Notes: generated by a model not told the origin, from the letters alone. Positions 7,723 to 17,345 are shown, counted from the first letter of the stretch. The stretch is 26,032 nucleotides of DNA from Microcoleaceae cyanobacterium (GCA_051652765.1 JBOFUV010000121.1:1-26032), one strand, 5' to 3'. Numbers and translations are program-made.

Positions 7723-10002
7723 ATGAGTTTAACTCCCCCGCCCCAAAATCCTAAGACCTTGTTAGGTGCGATTACTCAAGCTGTTCAAACCCTGAATAAG
7801 GTCAGTTTTTCGCGGCTCGCGGTCAAACCCAACGCCAAAGTCCCAGAACTCTGGGTACAAAACTCAGACTCAAATACTGCAGATGTTTACCCATTGATGG
7901 GCGATCGCTACATCCTAGGCCGCTCCTCCAAGTCCTGTGATATCGTCGTCCGGAACCCCGTTGTCAGCCAAGTGCATTTATCTTTGTTCCGGGGCAATCC
8001 CCATCGAAGTTTATTCGGGGATCGCCAATCGCAGCAATTTTTCATTCAGGATGAAAGCTCAACCAACGGGATCTATCTAAAGCGACGGCGGGTTGATATT
8101 CTCCCCCTCCGCCATGGAGACATCCTGACCTTGGGGCCCTCTGAATTGGCCAATGGCATCCAGCTCAGATACGTCAATCCATCCCCTTGGTACAAGCAAC
8201 TACTCCAGTATGGATTTTGGGGGATGACTGGAATTACCGGTCTTGCGGCCTTGTTTGTGCTGATGGAGTGGCAAAAATTCCCCGTGCGCCCCTTGCCAAC
8301 GGTTGAGCAGCGGCCTGTGATCGTCTACTCTGGGGATGGCCAACCGTTGCGCCCCGCTGTTAACACCCAAAATGCCCATTTAGAAGCAAAGACCTTAGCC
8401 GATGTCTCCAAGTATTTGCCCAAGGCAGTCATGGCATCCGAGGATAGTCGCTTTTACTGGCATTTGGGACTTGACCCCATTGGCATTTTCCGGGCCTTTG
8501 TCACCAACTTTCGGGGGGGAGAGATTCGGGAAGGGGGCAGTACCCTGTCCCAGCAGCTTGCCCGAACCGTATTTCGAGACTACGTTGGCACTGAAGATTC
8601 TGCTGGACGCAAGCTGAGAGAGGCCATCGTTGCCCTGAAGTTGGAGACGGTTTATAGCAAAAATCAGTTGTTATTGACTTACTTAAATCGGGTTTATCTG
8701 GGTCTAGACTTGTATGGCTTTGAGGATGCTGCCCAGTTTTACTTTGGGAAATCAGCCAAAGAGCTGACCCTGTCGGAGTCAGCAACCCTAGCAGGGATTT
8801 TGCCAGCACCGAACACGTTCAATCCGATTCAGAACTATCAGCTTGCGGTCGAGTATCGCAATCGAGTCATCAATCGCATGTTGGCCCTAGGCATGGTCAA
8901 TCAGGATGAAGCTGATCGGGCGCGGCGATCGCGGATTGAAATTAACCCCGCTGCCAAGGAATTATTTCAGAGCACTATTGCCCCCTATTTTTATGACTAT
9001 GTATTTACTGAGATTGAGCAACTGTTAGGGCAACAGGTGGCACGGGAGGGGAACTTTATCGTTGAAACCTCCCTCAATCCCCAAATCCAAAAATTGGCAG
9101 AATCTTCCCTCAAAAATACAGTCAATACCGTGGGAGCCCAGGCCAATTTTTCTCAAGGTGCCATTGTTACCCTGGACTCTGGAACGGGAGAAGTCCTTTC
9201 CATGGTTGGTGGGGTAGATTATCAAGCCAGCCAATTCAACCGGGCAGCCCAAGCCCTGCGCCAACCTGGTTCTACCTTTAAGATTTTCACCTACGCCGCT
9301 GCCCTAGATGCTAGAATTTCTCCCGATCAAACCTACTCATGTGCTCCTTTATCCTGGGACGGTCAAGAGTATCAAGGCTGTGAGCGGAGTGGAGGGGCTG
9401 CGTCAACCGATATGTATCAAGGCATGACCCAGTCAGAAAATGTGATTGCCCTCCGCATTGCCCAAGAGGTTGGCTTAGATCCAGTCGTCCAAATGGCCAG
9501 AAGGATGGGAATTCAATCTCCCCTCAATCCGACACCGGGCCTTGTTTTGGGTCAAAGTGAAGTCAGTCTTTTGGAGATGACGGGGGCCTTTAGTATTCTA
9601 GGTAGTGGGGGGCAGAATCAGCGCTCCCATGGAGTCAAACTGATTCGAGACAGTGGAGATTGCACGGATGTCAAAGATGTGAATACCTGTCGAATTATTT
9701 ATTCCTACGAGCGAGAGCATCCCACCCCTAATTTGATTTTGGGGCCTGATGTTGTCAGTACCATGACCCAACTGCTTTCCGGGGTGATTCGCAATGGTAC
9801 GGGTCAGAATGCATTTTTAGGACTGGGAGAAGCGGGGAAAACAGGTACAACGGATGCCAACGTGGATCTTTGGTTCATTGGCTACCTCTCAAACTACACC
9901 ACTGGGGTGTGGCTAGGGAACGATGACAACACTGCGACCTCAGGGAATAGCGGGGATGCTGCCCGTCTTTGGAAGGAGTATATGGGTCAGATTGCCCGTT
10001 AG
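7723..10002 (+). CDS. FHA-domain class A penicillin-binding protein (PBP1A-like transglycosylase/transpeptidase)
   Basis: FHA (ILGRS...VSQVH...STNG), TM segment, transglycosylase EDSRFYWH and GGSTLSQQL, transpeptidase STFK (SxxK), SEN (SxN) and KTG. Confidence 0.92.
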   Translation: MSLTPPPQNPKTLLGAITQAVQTLNKVSFSRLAVKPNAKVPELWVQNSDSNTADVYPLMGDRYILGRSSKSCDIVVRNPVVSQVHLSLFRGNPHRSLFGDRQSQQFFIQDESSTNGIYLKRRRVDILPLRHGDILTLGPSELANGIQLRYVNPSPWYKQLLQYGFWGMTGITGLAALFVLMEWQKFPVRPLPTVEQRPVIVYSGDGQPLRPAVNTQNAHLEAKTLADVSKYLPKAVMASEDSRFYWHLGLDPIGIFRAFVTNFRGGEIREGGSTLSQQLARTVFRDYVGTEDSAGRKLREAIVALKLETVYSKNQLLLTYLNRVYLGLDLYGFEDAAQFYFGKSAKELTLSESATLAGILPAPNTFNPIQNYQLAVEYRNRVINRMLALGMVNQDEADRARRSRIEINPAAKELFQSTIAPYFYDYVFTEIEQLLGQQVAREGNFIVETSLNPQIQKLAESSLKNTVNTVGAQANFSQGAIVTLDSGTGEVLSMVGGVDYQASQFNRAAQALRQPGSTFKIFTYAAALDARISPDQTYSCAPLSWDGQEYQGCERSGGAASTDMYQGMTQSENVIALRIAQEVGLDPVVQMARRMGIQSPLNPTPGLVLGQSEVSLLEMTGAFSILGSGGQNQRSHGVKLIRDSGDCTDVKDVNTCRIIYSYEREHPTPNLILGPDVVSTMTQLLSGVIRNGTGQNAFLGLGEAGKTGTTDANVDLWFIGYLSNYTTGVWLGNDDNTATSGNSGDAARLWKEYMGQIAR

Positions 10003-10049
10003 GGTTCTAGGGTATTCAAACGCCTGACTCAAAAGCTGATTCAGGACTC

Positions 10050-12053
10050 TCACCCAGAAGTCCTACTCAGAACTCGATACACATCGACCACCTGTTGTTT
10101 GCCTTTGAGGGGAATCTCGCCCCAAGACTCTAGCTCGAACTTGCCCTCAAGATAGTCGAGGGTCTGTTTGGCGATCAAAATCCGACAAATACTGGGCTGT
10201 CGCTCTTTGAGACAACTTTCTAGGCGAGAGGCAATATTCACGCTATCTCCGAGTAACCCATATTCTAGGCGTTCTTTGCTCCCTAAACTGCCTGCAACAA
10301 TAGGCCCGGTGAAAATCCCCACCCGCATTTGAATGGTCGCAAGTCCTTGGGCTTGCCAGGTTTGATTCATTTGTTGCAAGCGATCGCCCATATCCAGAGC
10401 ACAGGCAACGGCATTGTAAGCATCTTGGGCAATCTCTATTTCTGTGATCTTGGCAATCGGCACACCAAAGGCGGCCATAATCCCATCTCCGGTAAATTTA
10501 TTAATAATGCCTTGGTGGCGATAGACACATTCTGTCAGAATGGCCAGATATTCATTCAGCCAGTCTAGGAGTTTTTCGGGGTCGGTTTGTTCAGAAACCG
10601 TACTGAAATCGCGAACATCAGTGAACATGATGGTTGCAGTCAACCGTTCTCCCGGTAACTTGCCAGTGGCAATCAGGTGCTCTCGACCTTTCCAGAGGGC
10701 CTCTGCCACTTCGGGAGAGGTGTTTTGCCCCAGCAACTGCATCATCATTTGTTGCTGACGTTGGGACTGAATGGCTCGGTAGGCCACGCCAGCAGCGCTA
10801 GTGAGGATCAAAGTGATGCCGGGACTCACAATCGGAATCCAGTATCCCTGGAAAAACAGGGACAAACTCACGCCAAACAACAGACAAACGAGCATGGGAC
10901 TCCCTAAGACCAGGATGACCGGGGAGCGGGCAAACCGCGCCAACCCAGCTCCGATCGACCCCCAGGTAAACAGCCAGAGGAGTTCGGCCCACTCTGGCCA
11001 GAATTTAAATAGGGAGCGATCGCCTGTAACCGCATCAAGAATCTGGCTCACCATTTGGGCATGAATGACCACCCCTGCCATTTTGGGATTTTGGTCTTCT
11101 GTCGGACTAAAGGGAGAGAGAAATAAATCCCTCCCGCTGGATGCTGTTGTCCCAATCAGCACAATTTTGCCTTTGACTAAATTGGGATTGACCTGCTGAT
11201 TGAGCACTTGAGTGATCGTGACAGTTGGGACGACATTCTGGGCAGCTCGATAATTCAAGAGGATTTGATAACCCTGAGCATCAATGGTTTGGTATCCGCC
11301 CGAATTTTTTTTCAGGGGCGTGAATTCTGCGGCTCCGAAGAAGATGCTGTCTGGATGATTGTCATCCGTTTTGGGTTCAATGCCCTGGGCCGTTAGATAA
11401 TTTAAGGCGAGTTGCGTGGCAAAGGAGAAAAAGGTGCCATTCTCAGTCTGAGCAAACATTAAGTTGCGACGCACCACCCCATCTGGATCAAGAACTACAT
11501 CATTAAATCCAATCCGCTCTGGCGGGATATCGTCAGGGGGTTGAATGCCTGGGATTTCTCCATCTCCTAAATTTTTGATCACAATTACTTGCTCGGAACG
11601 TTGTAATTGTTGCCGCAGTTCCTGATGCCCTGGTTCATAGGGAATATCTCGATACAAGTCTAGACCAATAACCTGGGGATCAAGAGACAACAGTTGGGCG
11701 ATCGCTTGGGCAATAACTTGATCAGATAAAGGATACCGATTAAATGCTTGGATATCTGCTTCACTGATCTCTACGAGGAGCAACCTGGGGTCGGGCTTGA
11801 GGGCAGAACGCCACCGAACCATCTGATCAAATAAAACTAACTCTAAAGGCTGAAATCCCCCCAGTTCCCGAATTCCGATCAAACTGAGAGTCAACAGCGA
11901 GGTCAGGACTAATGTTTTAAGCACTTCCTCAGCACTCAACCCTCTCTGCTGGAAAGCCTTTTGGAGAGCTTTCTGAAAGGTTTTTTGAAAGATTCTTTGA
12001 CAAGTTTGTTGGAAGGCTTGCTGGAAGGTTGGCTTGGAGGTTTTCTTGAGCAC
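10050..12053 (-). CDS. CHASE2-domain class III adenylate/guanylate cyclase
   Basis: CHASE2 (VIGLDLYRD, DPDGVVRR, GKIVLIG, GVVIHAQ), three TM helices, cyclase motifs FTDVRDFS, KFTGDGIMA and GDSVNIASRLES; start uncertain. Confidence 0.92.
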   Translation of the reverse strand: MLKKTSKPTFQQAFQQTCQRIFQKTFQKALQKAFQQRGLSAEEVLKTLVLTSLLTLSLIGIRELGGFQPLELVLFDQMVRWRSALKPDPRLLLVEISEADIQAFNRYPLSDQVIAQAIAQLLSLDPQVIGLDLYRDIPYEPGHQELRQQLQRSEQVIVIKNLGDGEIPGIQPPDDIPPERIGFNDVVLDPDGVVRRNLMFAQTENGTFFSFATQLALNYLTAQGIEPKTDDNHPDSIFFGAAEFTPLKKNSGGYQTIDAQGYQILLNYRAAQNVVPTVTITQVLNQQVNPNLVKGKIVLIGTTASSGRDLFLSPFSPTEDQNPKMAGVVIHAQMVSQILDAVTGDRSLFKFWPEWAELLWLFTWGSIGAGLARFARSPVILVLGSPMLVCLLFGVSLSLFFQGYWIPIVSPGITLILTSAAGVAYRAIQSQRQQQMMMQLLGQNTSPEVAEALWKGREHLIATGKLPGERLTATIMFTDVRDFSTVSEQTDPEKLLDWLNEYLAILTECVYRHQGIINKFTGDGIMAAFGVPIAKITEIEIAQDAYNAVACALDMGDRLQQMNQTWQAQGLATIQMRVGIFTGPIVAGSLGSKERLEYGLLGDSVNIASRLESCLKERQPSICRILIAKQTLDYLEGKFELESWGEIPLKGKQQVVDVYRVLSRTSG
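11945..12031. repeat. Degenerate 12-bp tandem repeat encoding FQ(Q/K)x units at the cyclase N-terminus
   Basis: Protein reads TFQQAFQQTCQRIFQKTFQKALQKAFQQ, about seven 4-aa units. Confidence 0.7.
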
Positions 12054-12179
12054 TGTTTTGAATGTTAGTTGAATGTTAATTGAGGATTTTGTTTATGGAC
12101 TACTTTGTTTAGGGACTTTGTTTAGGAAGGCGTTTGAAAACTCTCATGGTCAGCCGCAAAACGATTTAGATCTCCCTTT

Positions 12180-12251
12180 GGATCTCCTCTTAAATCCTTA
12201 GAGAGGGGAACCATAACGCTGATTCCCCATTTTTTCAAGGGGCAAGGGATC
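12180..12251. repeat. Degenerate GATC-bounded cyanobacterial palindromic dispersed repeat
   Basis: GATCTCCTCTTAAATCC...GAGAGGGGAAC...CCCCATTTTTTCAAGGGGCAAGGGATC; decayed double-hairpin architecture like 2853-2951. Confidence 0.45.
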
Positions 12252-12298
12252 GGTCAGCGCTTAAAGTCACAGCCGACCCCGTTTCAAACCTCCTTTAA

Positions 12299-12358
12299 GG
12301 TTTGATCTAAAGTTTTATCTCGGGTTTGATCTAAAGTTTTGCTTAAGGTTTTGCTTCA
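12299..12358. repeat. Five 12-bp tandem repeats upstream of rnpB
   Basis: GGTTTGATCTAA AGTTTTATCTCG GGTTTGATCTAA AGTTTTGCTTAA GGTTTTGCTTCA. Confidence 0.75.
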
Positions 12359-12412
12359 ATGCTTGAAAAACTGTGGCATCGCAAAGACCCTCTACTATTG
12401 AGAATTGTGAGG

Positions 12413-12418
12413 TAGACT
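12413..12418 (+). promoter_or_regulatory. Candidate -10 element for rnpB
   Basis: TAGACT ends 6 nt before the predicted 5' end of P1. Confidence 0.4.
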
Positions 12419-12424
12419 GAAATT

Positions 12425-12850
12425 GAGAGCCAGCGCAGGTGGTTGCGGATTCAGACCGAATCTGAGGAAAGTCCGGGCTCCCGAAAGACCAAACTTGCTG
12501 GATAACGCCCAGTGCGAGCGATCGCGAGGATAGTGCCACAGAAAGATACCGCCAATTGATCATCGGTCAAGAGTGATTTGTGATTTGTAAGTCTCAAAAG
12601 GCAAATGACAAGGGACAGGTGACATTTGGTAAGGGTGCAAAGGTGCGGTAAGAGCGCACCAGCAATGTCGAGAGGCATTGGCTCGGTAAACCCCGGTTGG
12701 GAGCAAGGTCGGAGGAACTAGGGTTGGTCTTTTTCCCGTTCCGCTTTAGGTGTACCGCTAGAGGTGCTTGGTAACAGGCATCCCAGATAGATAACTGCCA
12801 TCTTAGCTAATTTAGCTCAGATAACAGAACCCGGCTTATGTCTGACTCTC
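12425..12850 (+). ncRNA. rnpB: RNase P RNA, type A
   Basis: GAGGAAAGTCCGGGCT, AGTGCCACAGAAA, GGTAAACCCC, AACAGAACCCGGCTTA; P1 pairing of GAGAGCCAG with CTGACTCTC. Confidence 0.98.
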
Positions 12851-13216
12851 TTTATTAATTTTTTTGTACCCATCGCAGTTTTTAAGTCACTGAGTGACAT
12901 CCTAACCGTTTGTCCCCCTTTTCAAGGAGATTCGAGGACGCTCTAGATCGCATCTAAACAAAGGGGCTGTATGGCAATCAAGACTCTTGCGTGAGAGGGG
13001 GATGGAGGGGGCAATGCCCTGCTTGGGAAAAAGTTCCTAAACCCTTTCTGGTTTTTTCATGATGATTTGGGATTGCCATCTGTTGGGATTGCATCGGTTT
13101 AGAGACCCTGAACCTTCACTGCTACATTCTCGATTTGCAGGGAATGTAGCAGACCCGTTGGCTTAAGGTTTTATACTGGAAGACGGTACTAAGAAACTGT
13201 GAATTTATTCTGAACT

Positions 13217-14329
13217 GTGATTTCTACTGCTATCGCTGCTAATTCTGAAAAACCATCTGAAAGGCCGTCTGTTCAACTTTCCCGTCGCCCTGTCTTTCCC
13301 TTCACTGCAATTGTCGGCCAGGAGGAAATGAAACTGGCTCTGTTGCTGAATGTCATTGACCCTAAGATTGGGGGTGTGATGATTATGGGCGATCGCGGCA
13401 CAGGCAAGTCAACGACGATTCGAGCCTTGGCCGACCTCTTGCCGGATATCGAGGTGGTTGCCGATGATCCCTTCAATAGTGATCCCTATGACCCTGATTT
13501 GATGAGTGAGATGGTACGGGAACGGGTCATGCATCAAGCAGAAATTCCGGTAGCTCGCCAAAAAGTTCAGATGGTTGACCTGCCCTTGGGGGCCACTGAA
13601 GATCGAGTCTGCGGCACCATTGACATTGAGAAAGCCTTAGCAGAAGGGGTTAAAGCCTTTGAACCTGGGCTTTTGGCTAGGGCGAATCGGGGGATTCTCT
13701 ACGTTGACGAGGTGAACTTACTTGATGATCACTTGGTCGATGTATTGCTGGACTCTGCCGCCAGTGGTTGGAATACGGTCGAACGGGAAGGCATTTCCAT
13801 TCGACATCCGGCTCGCTTCGTATTGGTGGGTTCAGGAAATCCGGAAGAAGGGGAACTTCGCCCCCAATTGTTGGATCGGTTTGGGATGCACGCTGAAATC
13901 CGCACGGTCAAAGAACCCAATCTGCGGGTACAAATTGTGGAACAGCGCACGACGTTTGATCAAAATCCTCAGGAATTTGTGCAAGGTTATAGTGCTGAGC
14001 AAGAGCAACTCCAGCAACGAATTGTGGAGGCCCAACAGCGGCTTTCCCAAGTGAAGATGGATCATGATTTACGGGTGAAAATCTCTCAAGTCTGTTCGGA
14101 GTTGGATGTGGATGGTCTCCGAGGGGACATTGTGACGAATCGAGCGGCAAAAGCCTTGACCGCCTTTGAAAATCGGACTGAGGTCACAACAGACGATATC
14201 CAACGGGTGATTACCCTCTGTTTGCGGCATCGTTTGCGGAAAGACCCCCTAGAATCTATTGATTCTGGTTACAAAGTGCAGAAAGTGTTCCGGTCAGTTT
14301 TTGATCTCCCTGAAGCGGAGGCGAGCTAG
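13217..14329 (+). CDS. chlI: Magnesium chelatase subunit I
   Basis: [61 protein letters not shown]. Confidence 0.97.
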   Translation: MISTAIAANSEKPSERPSVQLSRRPVFPFTAIVGQEEMKLALLLNVIDPKIGGVMIMGDRGTGKSTTIRALADLLPDIEVVADDPFNSDPYDPDLMSEMVRERVMHQAEIPVARQKVQMVDLPLGATEDRVCGTIDIEKALAEGVKAFEPGLLARANRGILYVDEVNLLDDHLVDVLLDSAASGWNTVEREGISIRHPARFVLVGSGNPEEGELRPQLLDRFGMHAEIRTVKEPNLRVQIVEQRTTFDQNPQEFVQGYSAEQEQLQQRIVEAQQRLSQVKMDHDLRVKISQVCSELDVDGLRGDIVTNRAAKALTAFENRTEVTTDDIQRVITLCLRHRLRKDPLESIDSGYKVQKVFRSVFDLPEAEAS

Positions 14330-14336
14330 ACAGCCT

Positions 14337-14900
14337 GTGCAAAAGCGCATTATTGGTTTTGACCCTGGTCTGGCAATTCTTGGGTTTGGGGTGATTCAAT
14401 GTTCTGTTCTGGTCGAACACCTTGATCAGGCTGCCGCTAATTTGATTGACTTTGGCGTGATTACAACTCCAAAGGAGCATAAAATTGGTCAACGTCTGTG
14501 TACGATTTATGACGACTTGCATACTCTATTGGATCAGGTTCAACCTGACTTGGCAGCGGTAGAGAAGTTCTTTTTTTATCGCATGAGCAATACGATTCCG
14601 ATTGCCCAGGCGCGGGGAGTGCTGATGCTAGTGCTAGCTCAGTTTCAGATTCCGTTAGTTGAATTCACTCCGGCCCAGATCAAGCAGGCATTAACGGGCT
14701 ATGGCAAAGCCGAAAAGCGAATGGTGCAAGAAGCAGTAGCCAGAGAATTAGAATTAGAAAATATTCCTAAGCCTGATGATGCTGCCGATGCTCTAGCGAT
14801 CGCGTTAACGGCTTGGTTCGATCCGGATGTAGTGACTCAACTCAAAATGTCGAATCAAGTGTCGAATCAAGTGCCGAACGTTGAGTCGTTAAATTCTTAG
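14337..14900 (+). CDS. ruvC: Holliday junction resolvase RuvC
   Basis: [42 protein letters not shown]; likely start is the GTG at 14337 just after the chlI stop. Confidence 0.95.
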   Translation: MQKRIIGFDPGLAILGFGVIQCSVLVEHLDQAAANLIDFGVITTPKEHKIGQRLCTIYDDLHTLLDQVQPDLAAVEKFFFYRMSNTIPIAQARGVLMLVLAQFQIPLVEFTPAQIKQALTGYGKAEKRMVQEAVARELELENIPKPDDAADALAIALTAWFDPDVVTQLKMSNQVSNQVPNVESLNS

Positions 14901-14906
14901 TTTCCC

Positions 14907-15293
14907 ATGCTCAATTCCATGTTTATTCTGACTTCTCAAGAAATTGCTCAGTTTCGTTCTCAGTTGGCTAGCTATCCTGAAGCGTTGGAAGCCCTCGATC
15001 AGATTGAAGACTGCGAAGGGAATCTAGAAGATGCTGCCATCGCAATGGCAATTCATGCTGGACAAACCCCAACGACTTCAGAGGCTTGGCTAGACGGTCT
15101 TGCGAAACGCTGTCGAGTTGCCATTTGTGATTCTGATCACCGGGAAGACTTGCTTCAGGGCAAGATGACAGGGATTGTAGAATTCCTCCTGGAGCAAAAA
15201 ATCTGCCCTGAGATTTTGGTGACTCCGGTTGTGATTTATGCCCTGAAAACTGGAATTCAAGAGTTTTGTGAACCCCTAGAATACAAGCTGTGA
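14907..15293 (+). CDS. Conserved cyanobacterial hypothetical protein
   Basis: 128-aa ORF 6 bp after ruvC; IEDCEGNLEDAA and FCEPL motifs. Confidence 0.75.
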   Translation: MLNSMFILTSQEIAQFRSQLASYPEALEALDQIEDCEGNLEDAAIAMAIHAGQTPTTSEAWLDGLAKRCRVAICDSDHREDLLQGKMTGIVEFLLEQKICPEILVTPVVIYALKTGIQEFCEPLEYKL

Positions 15294-15311
15294 ATAAAGA
15301 AAGGTGACCCT

Positions 15312-15353
15312 CAGCGACTTAAAGTCAGTGATTTAAAGTCAGTGATTTAAAAA
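15312..15353. repeat. Three 14-bp tandem repeats between convergent genes
   Basis: CAGCGACTTAAAGT CAGTGATTTAAAGT CAGTGATTTAAAAA. Confidence 0.75.
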
Positions 15354-15376
15354 TTGCTGTAATCTTCACGTCAAGC

Positions 15377-16594
15377 TTACTTTAAGTTCAGATTCAATTG
15401 CTCGTAAGCACTCATATATCGATTTTTCCAAGCGTTGTGCTCACACCGACGATAGCGAGAATATTGGAACTGCCAGTAAGTATTAATGGTTTCCCCTCTC
15501 AAATGTTTTAGGATCAACTTGCCAATGGCTTGACCTAACCCTACCGGAACGGCGTTACCAATTTGTTTGTACTTATTGAGGGTTTTCCCCACTAGAAACC
15601 AATCATCGGGAAACTCCTGAATCCGTTTATACTCCTGAACGGATAGAGGCCGATCTAAACAGGGATGGGCCAAATCCGTGGCGGGCATGGCCGGGTGAGT
15701 CACCAACGTCGGGGCTGGTGCAGACCAAGCGAGCCGCCGAAAAAAACCTGTCCGGCCCCCACCCGAATGAAATGACTTGCCCATGGCTTGTTCCTGTAGC
15801 TCAAACGGGAGCGATCGCCAATTTTGGCCCGCCTGCAAAAGTTTGTAGTATTGCAGGCGACGTTCCGGAAAATCGATATGTTCATGGTTGTCTAGGGGCA
15901 AGTCCTGAACAGCCTCTTGAAAAGTTGACCAAGGCGGTAACTTATATTGCCCCAAATCAGAATGGGTCGGCTCCAGGTAGGGAAGTTCTTCGCCGCCGCG
16001 ATGACAGAGAATGACTACCCTTTCTCGAACTTGGGGTGTGCCAAAGTTGGCAGCATTGTACAAATTGAAGGAGATGCCATAGCCATGAGCTTCAAGCTGT
16101 TGAATAATGTGACGCAGAGCTCCCCCTGGTTTTTCCTCGGGGAGCAAGGGCGGAAATCCCGCTCCTCTTTGGCTGTGGGGACGATGAATTAAGGAGGCAG
16201 ACAGCAAACCTCGGACGTTTTCGATCACGGCGTATCGAGGGCGAATTTCCGTAATCAGATCAATGAACTTGAGAAAAACGTTGCCACGGTGATCATTAAA
16301 CCCCTGACGTTTGCCTGCCGTGCTGAAAGCTTGACAGGGGGGGCCGCCAACCACTAAGTCAACATCTTCTCTAGAGGTCAATCCAGCAACTTCTCGAATT
16401 TCTGAAGCGCTATAGTCTCGAATATCACCAATTAAAGGGCAATTGGGTTTATTGTGCTGAATGGTTAGACGGGTACACTTGTCAACTTCCGAGGCCAGGA
16501 TGACTTGAATGCCAGCTTTTTCCAAGCCCAGATCCAACCCCATGGCCCCTGTAAAAAAACTAAGGGCTTTAGCTGTTGAAGTCGAACGCTGCAA
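15377..16594 (-). CDS. DNA (cytosine-5)-methyltransferase, M.SinI-like (probable GGWCC specificity), with no adjacent endonuclease
   Basis: FTGAMG (motif I), GGPPCQAFS (IV), ENVRG (VI), QVRERV (VIII), QIGNAVP (X). The HRPH..RG.G.PPL..EE.PGG and [16 protein letters not shown] segments match my recollection of M.SinI. Start uncertain. Confidence 0.92.
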   Translation of the reverse strand: MQRSTSTAKALSFFTGAMGLDLGLEKAGIQVILASEVDKCTRLTIQHNKPNCPLIGDIRDYSASEIREVAGLTSREDVDLVVGGPPCQAFSTAGKRQGFNDHRGNVFLKFIDLITEIRPRYAVIENVRGLLSASLIHRPHSQRGAGFPPLLPEEKPGGALRHIIQQLEAHGYGISFNLYNAANFGTPQVRERVVILCHRGGEELPYLEPTHSDLGQYKLPPWSTFQEAVQDLPLDNHEHIDFPERRLQYYKLLQAGQNWRSLPFELQEQAMGKSFHSGGGRTGFFRRLAWSAPAPTLVTHPAMPATDLAHPCLDRPLSVQEYKRIQEFPDDWFLVGKTLNKYKQIGNAVPVGLGQAIGKLILKHLRGETINTYWQFQYSRYRRCEHNAWKNRYMSAYEQLNLNLK

Positions 16595-16871
16595 CTCTTG
16601 AACGGGCTGGGGAGGATATTCAAGCTTGTGAGAAACTTGAGTGGCGCTGAGGAAAGTGGACAGGGGTTATTTTCCCTCGAAAAATAGTCTACAGTTCCTA
16701 GTATCGGTCAACTGACAAAATGTTGTCAAGTTCTTCAATCTCAAGATCCCTAATCTGAGGAATGTTGGCTTTCGAAAACATTCACACTGAAATGCTGCCA
16801 TCTTGACAAAAATAGCAGCACTGTACATTATGTGAACTTGCATTTAATGCATTTAGTGCAGTTAAACCCTG

Positions 16872-17345
16872 CTATCCCCGGGATTCAATATTGGTTGGTT
16901 TCATCTGTTTCCAGGTGATGCCTAGCCGCTTGAGATAATCCCAGCCTCGTTGGGGCCAAACATGCTCGCGACCCGTTTTTCGGGCAATCCAATCAGCTAC
17001 CTTGGGGCCTGACCAACTTCCACCATCTGGAGCAGGGCCTTGCAGGGCCTGAACAAGCTCCTGTTGTTGGGCAGAAGTCAACAGGGAACGGGCAACTGGG
17101 GGTTGGCGATCACGGCTGCGATTTTTAACTGAGTCTGGGCCTTCACGGTTATACCGTCGAATAATCTCCTTGGAATAGTCGTAGTTGAGTCCTACTACCT
17201 CAGCAGCTTGCTTGATTGTCCAACCACTGGCAACTAGTTGAATTAAATGCCAACGACGAGATTCAGTCGTGTCTCTCGCTTGACGGTAGCGAGTTTTGAG
17301 ATCTTCGCTGTCGAGATGGGGTTCGAGATGAGCTTTAGGTGGCAT
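16872..17345 (-). CDS. Stand-alone IS630-type winged-HTH protein without a DDE domain
   Basis: ESRRWHLI..., YNREGP, APDGGSWSGPKVADWI, QRGWDYLKRLG resemble the N-terminal half of cyanobacterial IS630 transposases; ATG at 17345 (the ORF track starts at 17366). Confidence 0.75.
   Translation of the reverse strand: MPPKAHLEPHLDSEDLKTRYRQARDTTESRRWHLIQLVASGWTIKQAAEVVGLNYDYSKEIIRRYNREGPDSVKNRSRDRQPPVARSLLTSAQQQELVQALQGPAPDGGSWSGPKVADWIARKTGREHVWPQRGWDYLKRLGITWKQMKPTNIESRG

Noticed and set aside
12315..12678. Minus-strand ORFs 12315-12563 and 12451-12678
   Set aside because: They overlap rnpB on the opposite strand.
14259..14336. N-terminal extension of RuvC in the ORF track
   Set aside because: It overlaps the chlI 3' end; RuvC similarity begins at the GTG at 14337.
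16803..16831. TTGACA-N17-CATTAT promoter antisense to the HTH gene
   Set aside because: The -10 is weak and there is no downstream sense gene; not supportable without TSS data.
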